This document shows positions 1 through 9,844 of a DNA stretch of 64,000 nt, piece by piece. Each line of letters starts with the position of its first letter. Within the stretch, counting starts at the first letter, position 1. Below the pieces are notes generated by a model. That model worked only from the letters and a program-made list of their open reading frames with translations. It was not told where the DNA came from and searched no databases. Source of the DNA: Candidatus Dormiibacterota bacterium (GTDB taxonomy: Bacteria > Chloroflexota > Dormibacteria > Aeolococcales > Aeolococcaceae); assembly GCA_963717185.1 (NCBI GenBank), contig CAVQVY010000019.1, positions 11,113 to 75,112 on the forward strand, written 5' to 3'. The position numbers were made by a program, and so were the translations under genes.

Positions 1-426
1 GGGACGTCGTCCAGCATCGGCACCACGTCGCTGATCAACATCTCCGAGATCGACGTCGAGGAGCTGGTCACCAACTCCACCGGCGACGGGTTCAACGTCA
101 ACTCCACGGGCGCCCCGGTGGTCCAGGCGGACTGCATCCCCTACGGCGGCAGCATCGCGGGGCCCTGCGTCAACAAGTACAAGTTCACCAGCTTCGGGGC
201 CACGCCGAGTGTCAGCGTCCTCAACGGCGGGTGCACCTCGACAGTTGACGCATCGCAGTGCCCGCCCTGGCCACCGTCGGCACGCAACGTCTACAACGGG
301 CAGAGCTCGTTCGTCGGGCTGAAGGTCAGCTACACGTACAAGTTCTTCACGGGCGTGGCAGGAACGGCAAACCTGACCACGACCAAGACCTTCCGCCTCG
401 AGCCACAGAACGCGCCCGGCACATGA
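1..426 (+). CDS. exported Tad-pilus-associated (TadE-like C-terminal region) protein, 5' end outside window
   Basis: Frame 1 is open from the window edge to TGA 424-426. The sequence is Cys/Gly/Thr-rich and ends ...KTFRLEPQ, with the same architecture as the C-terminus of the next TadE-like ORF. The stop overlaps the next start (ATGA 423-426). Confidence 0.4.
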   Translation, partial: GTSSSIGTTSLINISEIDVEELVTNSTGDGFNVNSTGAPVVQADCIPYGGSIAGPCVNKYKFTSFGATPSVSVLNGGCTSTVDASQCPPWPPSARNVYNGQSSFVGLKVSYTYKFFTGVAGTANLTTTKTFRLEPQNAPGT

Positions 427-1064
427 GCCTGAGACGACGCGTTCAGAAGGGCCAGGCGGCGGTCGAGCTGTGCTTCGTGCTGCCGGTGTGCCTGCTGCTG
501 TTCATGGGCGTCTACACGGCGGGGTCCTTCATCTCCGACCTCAACGTCGCCGGCCAGGCGACCAGGGCCGGCAGCCGGCTGGGGGCAGAGGTCGGCAACT
601 ACGGCTACGGCACGTCCACAGCGCTGACCGCCGCCTGCATGGGTGCGAGCACCACCAACCCGTGCGCGGTCGACCAGGACATCGTGACCTCGGTGAACAC
701 CGTCACCAAGGGGATGAACAACGTCTCGTCCTTCGACGAGATCGACATCTACGACCCCTGCTCGGTGGCCAACGGCGCCTGCACCGGGCCATCGAGCGTC
801 TGCAGCGACGCCGGGAACATCAACGGGGCGTACGTGGCCGGGCAGGACCCGGCCGACGTGTACAAGCTGGTGAGCGGCACGTGGACCCTGCAGGGCAGCG
901 CCGGTTACACGCTCGACAAGCGCACCCAGCTGCATCCCAACGAGCTCGCAGTCGGTGTACGCCTCGTCTACCACTTCCAGGCATCCGCGCCCATCTCGTT
1001 CTTCAACATGCAGACGTCGCAGTACGCCGTCATGTGCTTCGCGCCATCTGAGTCAGGGACATGA
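423..1064 (+). CDS. TadE-like pilus assembly (minor pseudopilin-like) protein
   Basis: ATG at 423. The N-terminus RRRVQKGQAAVELCFVLPVCLLLFMGV is the TadE-type G-x-x-x-VE motif plus a hydrophobic helix. Codons are GC3-rich, and ATGA start/stop overlaps occur at both ends. Confidence 0.7.
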   Translation: MSLRRRVQKGQAAVELCFVLPVCLLLFMGVYTAGSFISDLNVAGQATRAGSRLGAEVGNYGYGTSTALTAACMGASTTNPCAVDQDIVTSVNTVTKGMNNVSSFDEIDIYDPCSVANGACTGPSSVCSDAGNINGAYVAGQDPADVYKLVSGTWTLQGSAGYTLDKRTQLHPNELAVGVRLVYHFQASAPISFFNMQTSQYAVMCFAPSESGT

Positions 1065-3073
1065 ACATGAACCATCGACCACTGCGCCGCAGCCGCCCGG
1101 GACGAAGCTCGAGCAAGGGCCAGGTGATGCCCATCTTCGCGCTCGTCGTGGTGGTGCTCTTCGCCGCCACCGGGCTGGCCGTCGACGCCGGGATGGCGTA
1201 CCTCTCCTACAACGGCGCCGAGCGTGCCGCGGCCGCGGCCGCGCTGGCCGGTGTGCCGTACATGCCCACCGGGATGCCCACCGGCACCAACTCCAGCACG
1301 TCGTGCGCCGGCACGGCAGGGGCGGCAGCATGCGCCGCCACGGCTCGCGACGGGCTCACCAACGGCGCCATGGTCAACGGCCATGCGGTCACGGTCACGG
1401 TGTCGCGCTACCCGTCCGGTTGTGGGTCGCTCGCCAACCCATGTGCCGACAACAAGCTGCAGGTGCAGGTCAGCGCCTGGGTGAAGCCGACGTTCCTCCA
1501 CGTCCTCGGCTTCAGCGACCACGCCGTCGTGGCCACCGACACCGCGTTCTTCCTGCCCCCCATCTCCCTTGGTCAGCCGGGGGCGCAGCTGGGCAGCAGC
1601 GTCGACCAGCTGGGCACGTCCAGCAACTACTACTTCCTGCGCTCCGAGGGATACGGCAACCCGCGCACCGAGGGGGACGCCTACGACCCGTACAACCAGA
1701 ACGTGACCATCACCTGCCAGCAGAGCGTCACCACCGACCCCGGGAACTCGGGCAACTCGACCGACGTCCACGCCCTGAGCAACAACCTCAAGACCGACGT
1801 CACGGACGCCAGCCTCACGGGCGCCGGCGCGCAGGCATTGCCCGAACGAGGGGGGTACGACTTCTCGCTCACCGTCCCGACTGCGGTCTCGGCGGCGTAC
1901 GCCCGCGTCTACAACCCTGCGTTCGCTCCAGACAACGGCTTCCAGCCGGCGGGCCAGAACTTCAACATGCACGAGCAGGACAGCAGCTTCTCCGGGAACA
2001 CGTACACCGACCAGTACTCGGCGATGGAGTACACCCTGTTCAAGGTCAACGACCGGTTCGACCACACCAGCGACACGCCACTGAGCCAGCTGGTGGTCGA
2101 TCCCCTCAACGTGACCGTCACCAGCGGGGCGGTGTCATCGTTCGTCGACGTGCGCTATCCCACCCAGACTCTGTCGGCGTCGTCCAACGCGGCGGTCTTC
2201 AACTACATCCTCAACAACGTCTACCACCAGTGGGTCGACGTGGGCTCCGCTCCGGCGGCCTCCACGGCATGGACCTCCGGTGGCGTCAACTACAACATCT
2301 TCCACGTGGTCAAGCCGCTGACGGCGGGCTCGCTCGCGCCCGGCTCCTACCGGATGCGCGTCGACATGCTCGACTACCAGGGACTGCGCCCCGGTGATGA
2401 TGCCGGTGCATCGCAGTGCTCCCGCGCCCACAAGGGCTACGCCATCCAGCTGGCGACGGGCGGCGGGGTGATGTGCTCCGACCCCGGCTGCCAGGTGTCG
2501 GCGCTCGACGAGCTCGCGGTGTACACGCCGATCGTGACCTCGGGCACCAGCGGCTTCTCCGTGCCGCTGTTCAACCTGCCGGCGGACTACGCTGGTCAGA
2601 CCGTCAACTTCTACATCTACGACCCCGGCGACGTGAGTGGACAGAACGCCATCTCGATCCTCAACCCCGACGACACCAGCTGTGGAGGTGCTGGACAGGG
2701 CGGCTGCCTGTTCAGCTCGTCGACGGGCGTCCCCGTCTACGACCTCGGGATCAGTCGAAACACGTCCCTGTCCGGGCTGTCGACGGTCGACACCGCGGAC
2801 TCGTGCGCATCCCCCCAGATCCAGCCGAACGTGAACCAGGCCCTGGTCAACACATACCCGATCGGCGGCACCTGCGCCGGGCGCTCCAGCACGTTCTTCA
2901 ACGGGCGCTGGATTCTCTTTCAGCTGCAGATCCCCTCGAACTACGCGGGCGGGTACAGCACGGCGAGCAGCAACACGTACTGGCAGCTGCACTACTCGCT
3001 GACCAGTGGTACATCGACTGACACCTTCACGATCGCGGTCAACTACGCCAACTCGCCGGTGCACCTCCTGTAG
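1061..3073 (+). CDS. TadG-like protein (Tad N-terminal anchor plus a ~600-aa uncharacterised Cys-containing ectodomain)
   Basis: Intact 670-aa ORF. The N-terminus KGQVMPIFALVVVVLFAATGLAVDAGMAYLSYNGAERAAAAAALAG resembles the TadG-like N-terminal domain. The start overlaps the previous stop (ATGA 1061-1064). Confidence 0.7.
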   Translation: MNMNHRPLRRSRPGRSSSKGQVMPIFALVVVVLFAATGLAVDAGMAYLSYNGAERAAAAAALAGVPYMPTGMPTGTNSSTSCAGTAGAAACAATARDGLTNGAMVNGHAVTVTVSRYPSGCGSLANPCADNKLQVQVSAWVKPTFLHVLGFSDHAVVATDTAFFLPPISLGQPGAQLGSSVDQLGTSSNYYFLRSEGYGNPRTEGDAYDPYNQNVTITCQQSVTTDPGNSGNSTDVHALSNNLKTDVTDASLTGAGAQALPERGGYDFSLTVPTAVSAAYARVYNPAFAPDNGFQPAGQNFNMHEQDSSFSGNTYTDQYSAMEYTLFKVNDRFDHTSDTPLSQLVVDPLNVTVTSGAVSSFVDVRYPTQTLSASSNAAVFNYILNNVYHQWVDVGSAPAASTAWTSGGVNYNIFHVVKPLTAGSLAPGSYRMRVDMLDYQGLRPGDDAGASQCSRAHKGYAIQLATGGGVMCSDPGCQVSALDELAVYTPIVTSGTSGFSVPLFNLPADYAGQTVNFYIYDPGDVSGQNAISILNPDDTSCGGAGQGGCLFSSSTGVPVYDLGISRNTSLSGLSTVDTADSCASPQIQPNVNQALVNTYPIGGTCAGRSSTFFNGRWILFQLQIPSNYAGGYSTASSNTYWQLHYSLTSGTSTDTFTIAVNYANSPVHLL

Positions 3074-3106
3074 GACGCCGCCCGCTGCACGGGAGCGCCA
3101 CCGCCG

Positions 3107-3112
3107 TACAGT
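3107..3112 (+). promoter_or_regulatory. -10-like hexamer TACAGT, 7 nt before the hemW ATG (leaderless geometry)
   Basis: TACAGT-ggcgccc-ATG(3120) with no Shine-Dalgarno in between. The same TANNNT-6/7 nt-start layout is seen at rny, mazG and ftsH. Confidence 0.3.
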
Positions 3113-3119
3113 GGCGCCC

Positions 3120-4295
3120 ATGACCGCGGACCCCGGCGTCGGCTCGCTGTACCTGCACATCCCCTTCTGCGAGAGGAAGTGCGAGTACTGCGACTTCGTG
3201 TCCGTCGCGGGGGCACACGGCCAGCATGAGTACGTCGCAGCCCTGCGGGCCGAGGTCCGCGCCCTCTCCCCGGCATTGGACGGCCGATCGCTGCGCACCA
3301 TCTTCGTCGGCGGCGGCACGCCCGGGCTCCTCGACCTCGGGCCTGATGGCGGGGTTGATGGAGGAGGTGCGCGGTACCTTCGACATCGATCCGACCGCTG
3401 AGGTCACGCTCGAGGTCAACCCGTCCAGCTCGTCGCTGCGACGCGCCCAGGCCTGGCGTGACTCGGGCTTCAACCGCGTCAGCGTGGGCGTGCAGAGCAC
3501 CCACGCGGACATCCTCCGCTTCCTCGGGCGCGTGCATGACGCCGGACGTGCCATCGCGGCCCTGCGCGAGGTGCGCCAGGCGGGCTTCGACAACGTCAGC
3601 GCCGACCTCATCTACGCGGTTCCCGGGCTGGATGACAAGCCATGGGAGGAGTCGCTCCTCAGGGTGATCGAGGCAGAGCCCGACCACGTGTCGTGCTACG
3701 AGCTGACCGTCGAGACCGGGACGCCCCTACATCGATCCGTGGCCGAGGGCCGGGTGCGCGTGGTGGACCCCGAGACTGCGCTGCGGCAGCACCGGATCGC
3801 GGTCGAGGTGCTGGCGCGCGCCGGCTACGCGCAGTACGAGGTGAGCAACTTCGCGCGTCCAGGTCGCCAGTGCGCGCACAACCTCGTGTACTGGCGCAAC
3901 GGCCACTACGCCGCGGCCGGCGTCGGTGCGCACGGGCACCTCCCGGCGCAGCCTGGCGCCGGCGTTCGGGCTCGAAGCCCCGACGGGCGCGCTCGCCTTC
4001 CGGTACGACCACGGCCGTGATGTGGCGGGTTATGTCGCCGACCGCGCCGCGGGAGCGCTGTCGGTCCGCAATGTCGAGTGGATCGACGCCGGCGATGCGC
4101 GAACGAGGAGTCGATCATGCTCGGGCTGCGCCTGCGCGAAGGCGTGCGGCTGGAGCGGGACGGTGCCATCGCGGAGGCCCGCGAGCTGGCGCCGCCGGCT
4201 TTCTCGACCTCGCCGGGGCGCGCGCCACGGTGACCCCGCGCGGCGAGGACGTGCTCAACCAGCTGGCGCTGCGCCTGGCGTCCCACCGCGCCTGA
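3120..4295 (+). pseudogene. hemW: radical-SAM heme chaperone HemW (coproporphyrinogen-III-oxidase-like), 4 frame breaks as given
   Basis: Motifs: HIPFCERKCEYCDF (CxxxCxxC), FVGGGTP, TLEVNP, GVQSTHADILRFLGR, NLVYWRN, IMLGLRLREG. The protein-like signal moves frame 0->1 (~3340), ->2 (~3947), ->1 (~4098), ->0 (~4195) and ends at TGA 4293-4295. Confidence 0.8.
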
Positions 4296-4612
4296 CCGTC
4301 GCTTTCACTGGCGGCGGCTGTGGTCACGCTGTAACGCGGTGACCGAGGGGTCGGCCCGGCTGCAGACGGCCGGGTCACGATGTGCTCTCGCCACTGGAAG
4401 TCTGGCCCGGAAAACCTCAGGATTGCGGCCTATGAACCGCCCGCCGATCCACGAGCCGCCGTCGCCGCCTGTCGTGGCCGCGCTGCTGCGCGCCGGGCCT
4501 GTCGCTGTCGACGGCGACTGGCGATGGAGCCGTGGAAGGCGCACGAGGTGCTCGAGCTCCTCCGCCTCTCGGTGCGAAGCGAGCCGCAACTCGGGCCGGC
4601 GGCGCCGGCCCG

Positions 4613-4621
4613 TGGTACCAT
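4613..4621 (+). promoter_or_regulatory. extended -10-like element TGGTACCAT abutting CIRCE (candidate hrcA promoter)
   Basis: TGn-TANNNT lies directly 5' of the CIRCE left arm, so a transcript would start inside the operator, as in classical CIRCE promoters. Confidence 0.35.
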
Positions 4622-4648
4622 TTAGCACTCGACCATAAGGAGTGCTAA
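4622..4648 (+). promoter_or_regulatory. CIRCE operator (HrcA binding site)
   Basis: TTAGCACTC-gaccataag-GAGTGCTAA is a perfect 9-bp inverted repeat with a 9-nt spacer, the canonical CIRCE. It lies 38 nt upstream of the hrcA start. Confidence 0.9.
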
Positions 4649-4685
4649 CAACCCGCCAAAGCGGGAGCCCGGCAAGGAGAGCGCG

Positions 4686-5736
4686 TTGGAGACACCCGTC
4701 CCCATCCCCCTCGACGCGCGAAAGCAGCAGATCCTCAAGGCCGTGGTCGCCGACTACACCCGCACCGGCGTGCCGGTCGGCTCACACGCCCTGGCGATCC
4801 ACCTGGCTTCGTGGTCGTCGGCAACGATCCGCAACGACCTCGCCAACCTCGTCGAGGTCGGCTACCTGCTCCAGCCGCACACCTCCGCCGGCCGGGTTCC
4901 GTCGGACCTCGGGTACCGCTACTACGTCGACTTCCTGATGGAGGAGGAGCCGGTGCCCGTCGGCCGTGCGGCGCCAGATGGATCCCTTCTTCGCGCAGCT
5001 GACCGGCGGCCTCGAGGAGACGCTCGAGGTGGCCGCGCGCGCCCTGGCGCTGGCCACCGACGCGGTGAGCATGGTCACCGGGCCACGCGCGTCTGGGAGC
5101 GACGCCTCAAGCACCTCGACCTCATCTCCCTGGAGCCTCGCCACGCCCTGGTGCTGCTGGTGCTCGAGGGCAACCTGATCCGCCAGCAGCCGATCGCGCT
5201 GGCTCGCGACGCCGAGCAGGCGGAGCTGAGCGCGCTCGCCCACCGCCTCAACGGCGCACTCGAGGGCGCCGACTCGCGGCAGGTCGCAGCCACGCCGGCG
5301 GCCAACTGGAGCCCGAGGGGTCCCTGTGGACGGCGATCGCGCCCGCCATCGCGGCTCTGATGGAGTCGCGTCGATGCCGGCCAGGACACGCTGGTGGTGC
5401 ACGACGGCGTGCGCAACCTGCTCCACCAGCCGGAGTTCGGCGACGTCGGTCGCTTCCAGGAGGTGCTCGACCTCCTCGAGGAGGAGCGTGTGCTCGGTGA
5501 GATGCTCGCCGCCATCGAGACCGACCACGGCACCCAGATCATGATCGGCCGCGAGACCGGCCTCGAGCAGCTGCGCCAGTGCAGCCTGGTGATGACCACC
5601 TACCGAGTGGGCGCGCAGCGCTGGGGCACGCTCGGTGTGCCTCGGTCCCACCCGCATGCAGTACTCGCAGGTGGCTCCGCGGGTTCGCTACGTGGCCACG
5701 CGGGTCGGCGACACCCTGAGCCGCACGCTCCGATGA
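4686..5736 (+). pseudogene. hrcA: heat-inducible transcription repressor HrcA, ~5 frame breaks as given
   Basis: TTG start at 4686. Motifs: N-terminal winged helix QQILKAVVADYTRTGVPVGSHALA, LGYRYYVD, DLISLEPRHALVLLVLEGN, and the C-terminal GTLGV/LGPTRMQY. Frame switches are at ~4965, ~5095, ~5300, ~5365 and ~5645 (the last looks like an extra C). Stop is TGA 5734-5736. Confidence 0.85.
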
Positions 5737-6282
5737 GCCCGACGCCAGCGCGCTGAGCACCCGGCGACGGGTGACGGTGACCGCGATGACGCCGAGCCCG
5801 ACGACGGCGCCACTGCGGACGCACCGGTGGAGGCCGCCGCCCCCGAGCCGGACGAGCGCTACCTGCGCCTCGCCGCCGACTTCGAGAACTTCCGCCGTCG
5901 CAAGGACGCAGGAGCTGTCCGACCGCTCGCGCTACGCCAGCGAGGAGGCGGCCAGGGCGCTCCTGCCGGTGCTCGACAACCTCCGCAGCGCGGTCGCCCA
6001 CGCCGCCGAGGCCGGCACCGAGGAGTTCTTCGTGAGCGGGCTCGAGCTCGTGGTGCGGGAGTTCGAGACCGCGCTGGAGAAGCTCGGCGTGGTGCCGATC
6101 GAGGCCGAGGGGCAGCCGTTCGACCCGGCGCTCCACGAGGCGATCGGCAGCGCGGACGGAGGCGACGTCGACGTCGACACAGTGGTCGACGAGGTGCAGC
6201 GCGGCTATCGCCTCCACGACCGCGTGCTCCGCCCGTCGCTGGTGCGCGTCGCGCATCCCGCTGCGCCGGGAAGGGCGAGTAG
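5733..6282 (+). pseudogene. grpE: nucleotide exchange factor GrpE, ~3 frame breaks as given; start uncertain
   Basis: Motifs: acidic N-terminus, YLRLAADFENFRRRKD, ALLPVLDNLRSAV, VVDEVQRGYRLHDRVLRPSLVRVA. The possible start ATG 5733 overlaps the hrcA stop (ATGA); the alternative is GTG 5827. Switches are at ~5752, ~5907 and ~6265. TAG 6280-6282 overlaps the dnaJ GTG. Confidence 0.7.
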
Positions 6283-7397
6283 TGGCCACCGTCAAGCGCG
6301 ACTACTACGAGGTGCTCGGCGTCGAGCGAACCTGCCACCGGGGCGGAGCTCAAGAAGGCCTATCGCAAGCTGGCCATGGAGTTCCACCCCGACCGCAACC
6401 AGGGCGACAAGCAGGCCGAGGAGCGCTTCAAGGAGGTCGGCGAGGCGTACTCGGTGCTGAGCGACCCGCAGAAGCGCCAGCGCTACGACACCTTCGGTCA
6501 CTCCGCCAACGGCATGCCCGACCTCGGCGGGTTCTCCTTCGACTCCGCCTTCGACCTCTTCGACATGTTCTTCGGCGGCGGCGGCGGACGGCGGCGCCAC
6601 GCGGCGGTCCGCAGCCCGGCGCCGACCTGCGCATGAACGTGGACATCAGCTTCGAGGAGTCGGTGTTCGGCGCCACCCGGACGGTCGAGGTGCCGCGCAA
6701 GGGAACCTGTTCCGACTGCAGCGGCAGCGGCGCCGCCCCGGGGACACAGGCCACCCAGTGCCCCGACTGCGGCGGCAGCGGACAGGTGCGCCGCAGCGTG
6801 CAGAGCATCTTCGGGCAGATGGTCAACGTCAGCGCGTGTCCGCGCTGCCGCGGCGAGGGACGGATCGTCGACCAGCCGTGCCCCACGTGCCGCGGACAGG
6901 GCCGCGTCGACGAGCGCCAGAAGCTCGACATCACCATCCCTCCCGGTGTCGATGAGGACGTCACCCTGCGCTACGCCGGCCAGGGCGAGGCGGGTCCGCG
7001 CGGCGGGGCGCGCGGCGACCTGTACGTCGGCTTCCGGATCGCCCCGCATCCACACCTGGTCCGGCGCGGCCAGGACCTGCTCTACGAGCTGGCGGTGAGC
7101 GTTCCGCAGGCGGTGCTCGGCGATCGCATCACCGTGCCGACCGTCAACGGCGAGCACACTGTCGACGTGCCCGCCGGCACCCAGCACGGCAAGGTGCTCA
7201 AGATCGCCGGGATGGGCGTGCCCCACGTGCGCAGCGGCCGGCGCGGCGACCAGCTCTGCATCGTCCACGTGGCGGTCCCGACCCACCTCACCGGCAGCCA
7301 GCGGGAGCTGTACGAGCAGCTCGGCCAGCGCGAGGGCAGGCCCGCCGACGTCAGGAAGGGCTTCTTCGACTCGCTCAAGGACGCCTTCCGCGGGTAG
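6282..7397 (+). pseudogene. dnaJ: molecular chaperone DnaJ, 2 frame breaks as given
   Basis: J domain (DYYEVLGV ... [15 protein letters not shown]), a Gly-rich linker, and four CxxCxGxG repeats (CSDCSGSG, CPDCGGSG, CPRCRGEG, CPTCRGQG). Switches are at ~6335 and ~6595; from 6600 to the stop at 7397 the gene is clean. Confidence 0.85.
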
Positions 7398-7427
7398 GGC
7401 CGCCGGCGAGCGGTCCGGCGGTGAGCG

Positions 7428-7772
7428 CTAGCCGGGCGGCCAGGTCATCGCGCGTCCACCGAGCAGGTGGAGATGGAGGTGGTTCACCGTCTGGCCACCG
7501 TCCCGGCCCACGTTGGTGACGATGCGATACCCGGTCTGGTCGATGTCCTCGCTGACCGCCAGCTGCTGGCTGACGTGCAGCAGGCGCGCCCACAACGGGT
7601 CCTGGGCCGCGGTCAGCTCAGCGGCCGAGGCGATGTGCTCGCGAGGGATCACCAGGATGTGCGTGGGCGCCTGGGGGTTGATGTCGCGGAACGCGACCAC
7701 CACGTCGTCCTGGTGGACGAGGGTGGCGGGGATGTCACCAGCCGCGATGGAGCAGAAGAGGCAGTCGCTCAC
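7428..7772 (-). CDS. HIT-family (HinT-like) nucleotide hydrolase
   Basis: Intact 114-aa ORF with the histidine triad HLHLHLLGG. Confidence 0.85.
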   Translation of the reverse strand: MSDCLFCSIAAGDIPATLVHQDDVVVAFRDINPQAPTHILVIPREHIASAAELTAAQDPLWARLLHVSQQLAVSEDIDQTGYRIVTNVGRDGGQTVNHLHLHLLGGRAMTWPPG

Positions 7773-9059
7773 GGGCCGACCAGCCTAGCGCGAAGCACAC
7801 CGCCGGAGAACTCGTCGACCTCGACGGTGGCCACCCCACCGACCCCGGTTCCCGGCGGCACGGCGGCAACCACCTCGAGGTACGTGGCGCTGATGCCGTG
7901 GGCGACACCGGCCTCCACCCGGTCCCACACCACCCGGTGGCGGGCGCCCACCGCGCGGGCGCGCCGGGCGTCGCCCGTTGCGGCTGCGGCGCGCCGCACC
8001 TCTGCGCTGCGCCGCCGGGCCGACGCGTCGTCGACACGGTGCTGGATCGCGGCTGCCGGTGTGTCGTCTCGCGGCGAGTAGCGGAAGGTGTGCGCCGCGA
8101 GCATCTCCGTCTGCTCGATGAGCGCAAGGGTGCGCGCGTGGTCCTCGTCGGTCTCGCCGGGAAAGGCCACCATCACGTCCGTGGTGAACTCCGTGTCGGG
8201 GTCGAGGTCGCGCAGCGCTGCGCACACGCGCAGGTACTGAGCGCGGCGGTAGCCGCGGTGCATGGCGCGCAGGATGGCGTCGCTGCCGCTCTGCAGCGGC
8301 ATGTGCCAGTGCGAGCAGAGCTGCGGGTGGCTGTTGAGCTCGATGAGCTCGGCCGTGATGTCGTTGGTGTTGATGCTGCTGAGCCGGATCCGAGCCCGCG
8401 TGCCGACGTCGTCGAGGAGGGTGCGCACCAGGTGCGCGAGGCTCGAGCCTTCGGCGCGACCGTAGGAGCCGAGGTCCACCCCGGTGAGCACCACCTCGAA
8501 GTGCCCGGCGTCGACGGCGGCGCCCACCCGGTCGCGAACCTCGCCGGCAGCCAGGGAGTGCGACGGCCCGCGCGCACGCCACACCGAGCAGTAGGTGCAG
8601 CGATGGTCGCAGCCGTCCTGCACCTTGACGAACGCGCGGCTCCGCACCGGTGCGACAGCGGCTGTGGCTGTGTCGTGCGCCGCGTTGCGCCGCGAGCGCG
8701 AGGACGTGTCGGGCGATGCCGTCCTTGGCCGCGTTGGCGAAGACAGCATCCACACCATCGGGGAGCGCGCTCCGGCCCTCGCGGTCGTCGCGCATGTAGA
8801 GGTGCGGGTTGCCGTCGACGCTGCACCCGGTCAGCACGATGTGGGCGCCGGGATCGGCGCGGCGGAGCCGGCGCAGCCGCTGGCGGGTGGTGGCGTCGGC
8901 CGCGACGGTGACCGTGCACGAGTTGAGCACGCGCACGTCGGCGGGCTGCTCCTCGGCCACCACCTCACACCCGGCGGCGGCGAGACGGCCGGCGAGGTCG
9001 GCCATCTCCGCGTAGTTCACCTTGCACCCCAGCGCGGTGACCGAGACGCGCAGCGGCAT
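7769..9059 (-). pseudogene. mtaB: MiaB-like tRNA methylthiotransferase MtaB (radical SAM), 1 frame break as given
   Basis: ATG at 9059. Motifs: TALGCKVNYAE and VLNSCTVT (MTTase N domain), QDGCDHRCTYC radical-SAM cluster, and a TRAM-like C-terminus. There is a single switch near 8678. Confidence 0.75.
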
Positions 9060-9067
9060 GCCGTCGC

Positions 9068-9826
9068 TCACGATGGGGGGATTCGCGCGACGCCGCCGGC
9101 GAGGTCGCCGCTGCGTGCCAGCAGCAGCGCACAGGCAACCGCGGCTGCGTAGCGGGTGCGCAGGATCCGCGCGCCCATGTGCACGGTCTGCGCGCCGGCG
9201 CGACGCAGGGTGTCGAGGTCGTGCTCGCCGAACCCGCCCTCCGGGCCGATGCACAGCCCCACCGGCGTGCTCGCGTCCACCTCGAGGTCTGCAAGCGAGC
9301 GGTCGCCGTCGAACGTGCACGCGATGACCCTCGATCCCGGTTCCAGCGCGGCGAGAGCGTCGGGGAGCTGGACGGGCGGGTGCACGCGAGGGATCATGCC
9401 GCGCCCGGCCAGCTGCGCCGCCTCGGTGGCGACGGCCTGCCAGCGGTGGACGCGGTTGGCGGTGCGGTCCCCGGATGGGCGGCTCACCACCCGTTCGGTG
9501 ATCACCGGGCGGATCACCGCGACCCCGACCTCGACGAGCAGGTCGACGCAGTCCTCCATCCGCTCGCGGGGAAGTGCCTGCACGGCGGTGATGTGCAACC
9601 GCGGCTCGCCGGTGACCGCCCGCGTCCAGGTGACCTCACCCTCCACCCGGTCGGGCCGGACGCTGCGCAGCAGCACCCCGTGCTCCCTCCGGTCATCGTC
9701 GACGACCACGATCGAGTCGCCGCTGCGCATGCGCAGGGAACGCGCGATGTGGCTCGCCACCGGCCCCTCCATCACCAGGCCGTCTGCGGAGATGTCGCCG
9801 CCGTTGACGAAGAACCTCTGTGGCAC
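9068..9826 (-). CDS. rsmE: 16S rRNA (uracil1498-N3)-methyltransferase RsmE
   Basis: Intact 252-aa ORF with an MPQRFFV-type N-terminus and the C-terminal IGPEGGF motif. It neighbours mtaB, as in the Firmicute yqeU-yqeV pair. Confidence 0.8.
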   Translation of the reverse strand: MPQRFFVNGGDISADGLVMEGPVASHIARSLRMRSGDSIVVVDDDRREHGVLLRSVRPDRVEGEVTWTRAVTGEPRLHITAVQALPRERMEDCVDLLVEVGVAVIRPVITERVVSRPSGDRTANRVHRWQAVATEAAQLAGRGMIPRVHPPVQLPDALAALEPGSRVIACTFDGDRSLADLEVDASTPVGLCIGPEGGFGEHDLDTLRRAGAQTVHMGARILRTRYAAAVACALLLARSGDLAGGVARIPPS

Positions 9827-9844
9827 CCGGCTATTCTCCGCGCC

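Noticed and set aside
4339-4638. A possible small gene in the 390-nt hemW-hrcA spacer. Segments MNRPPIHEPPSPPVVAALLRAGPVAVDGD and MEPWKAHEVLELLRLSVRSEPQLGPAAPARGTI have GC3-rich codons in two different frames.
   Set aside because: It would need a frameshift to join the segments. It has no clear SD and no recognisable motif, and its stop would fall inside the CIRCE left arm. I cannot support it from sequence alone.
6270-6290. A dnaK remnant between grpE and dnaJ.
   Set aside because: The grpE stop (TAG 6280-6282) overlaps the dnaJ GTG (6282), so there is no spacer at all.
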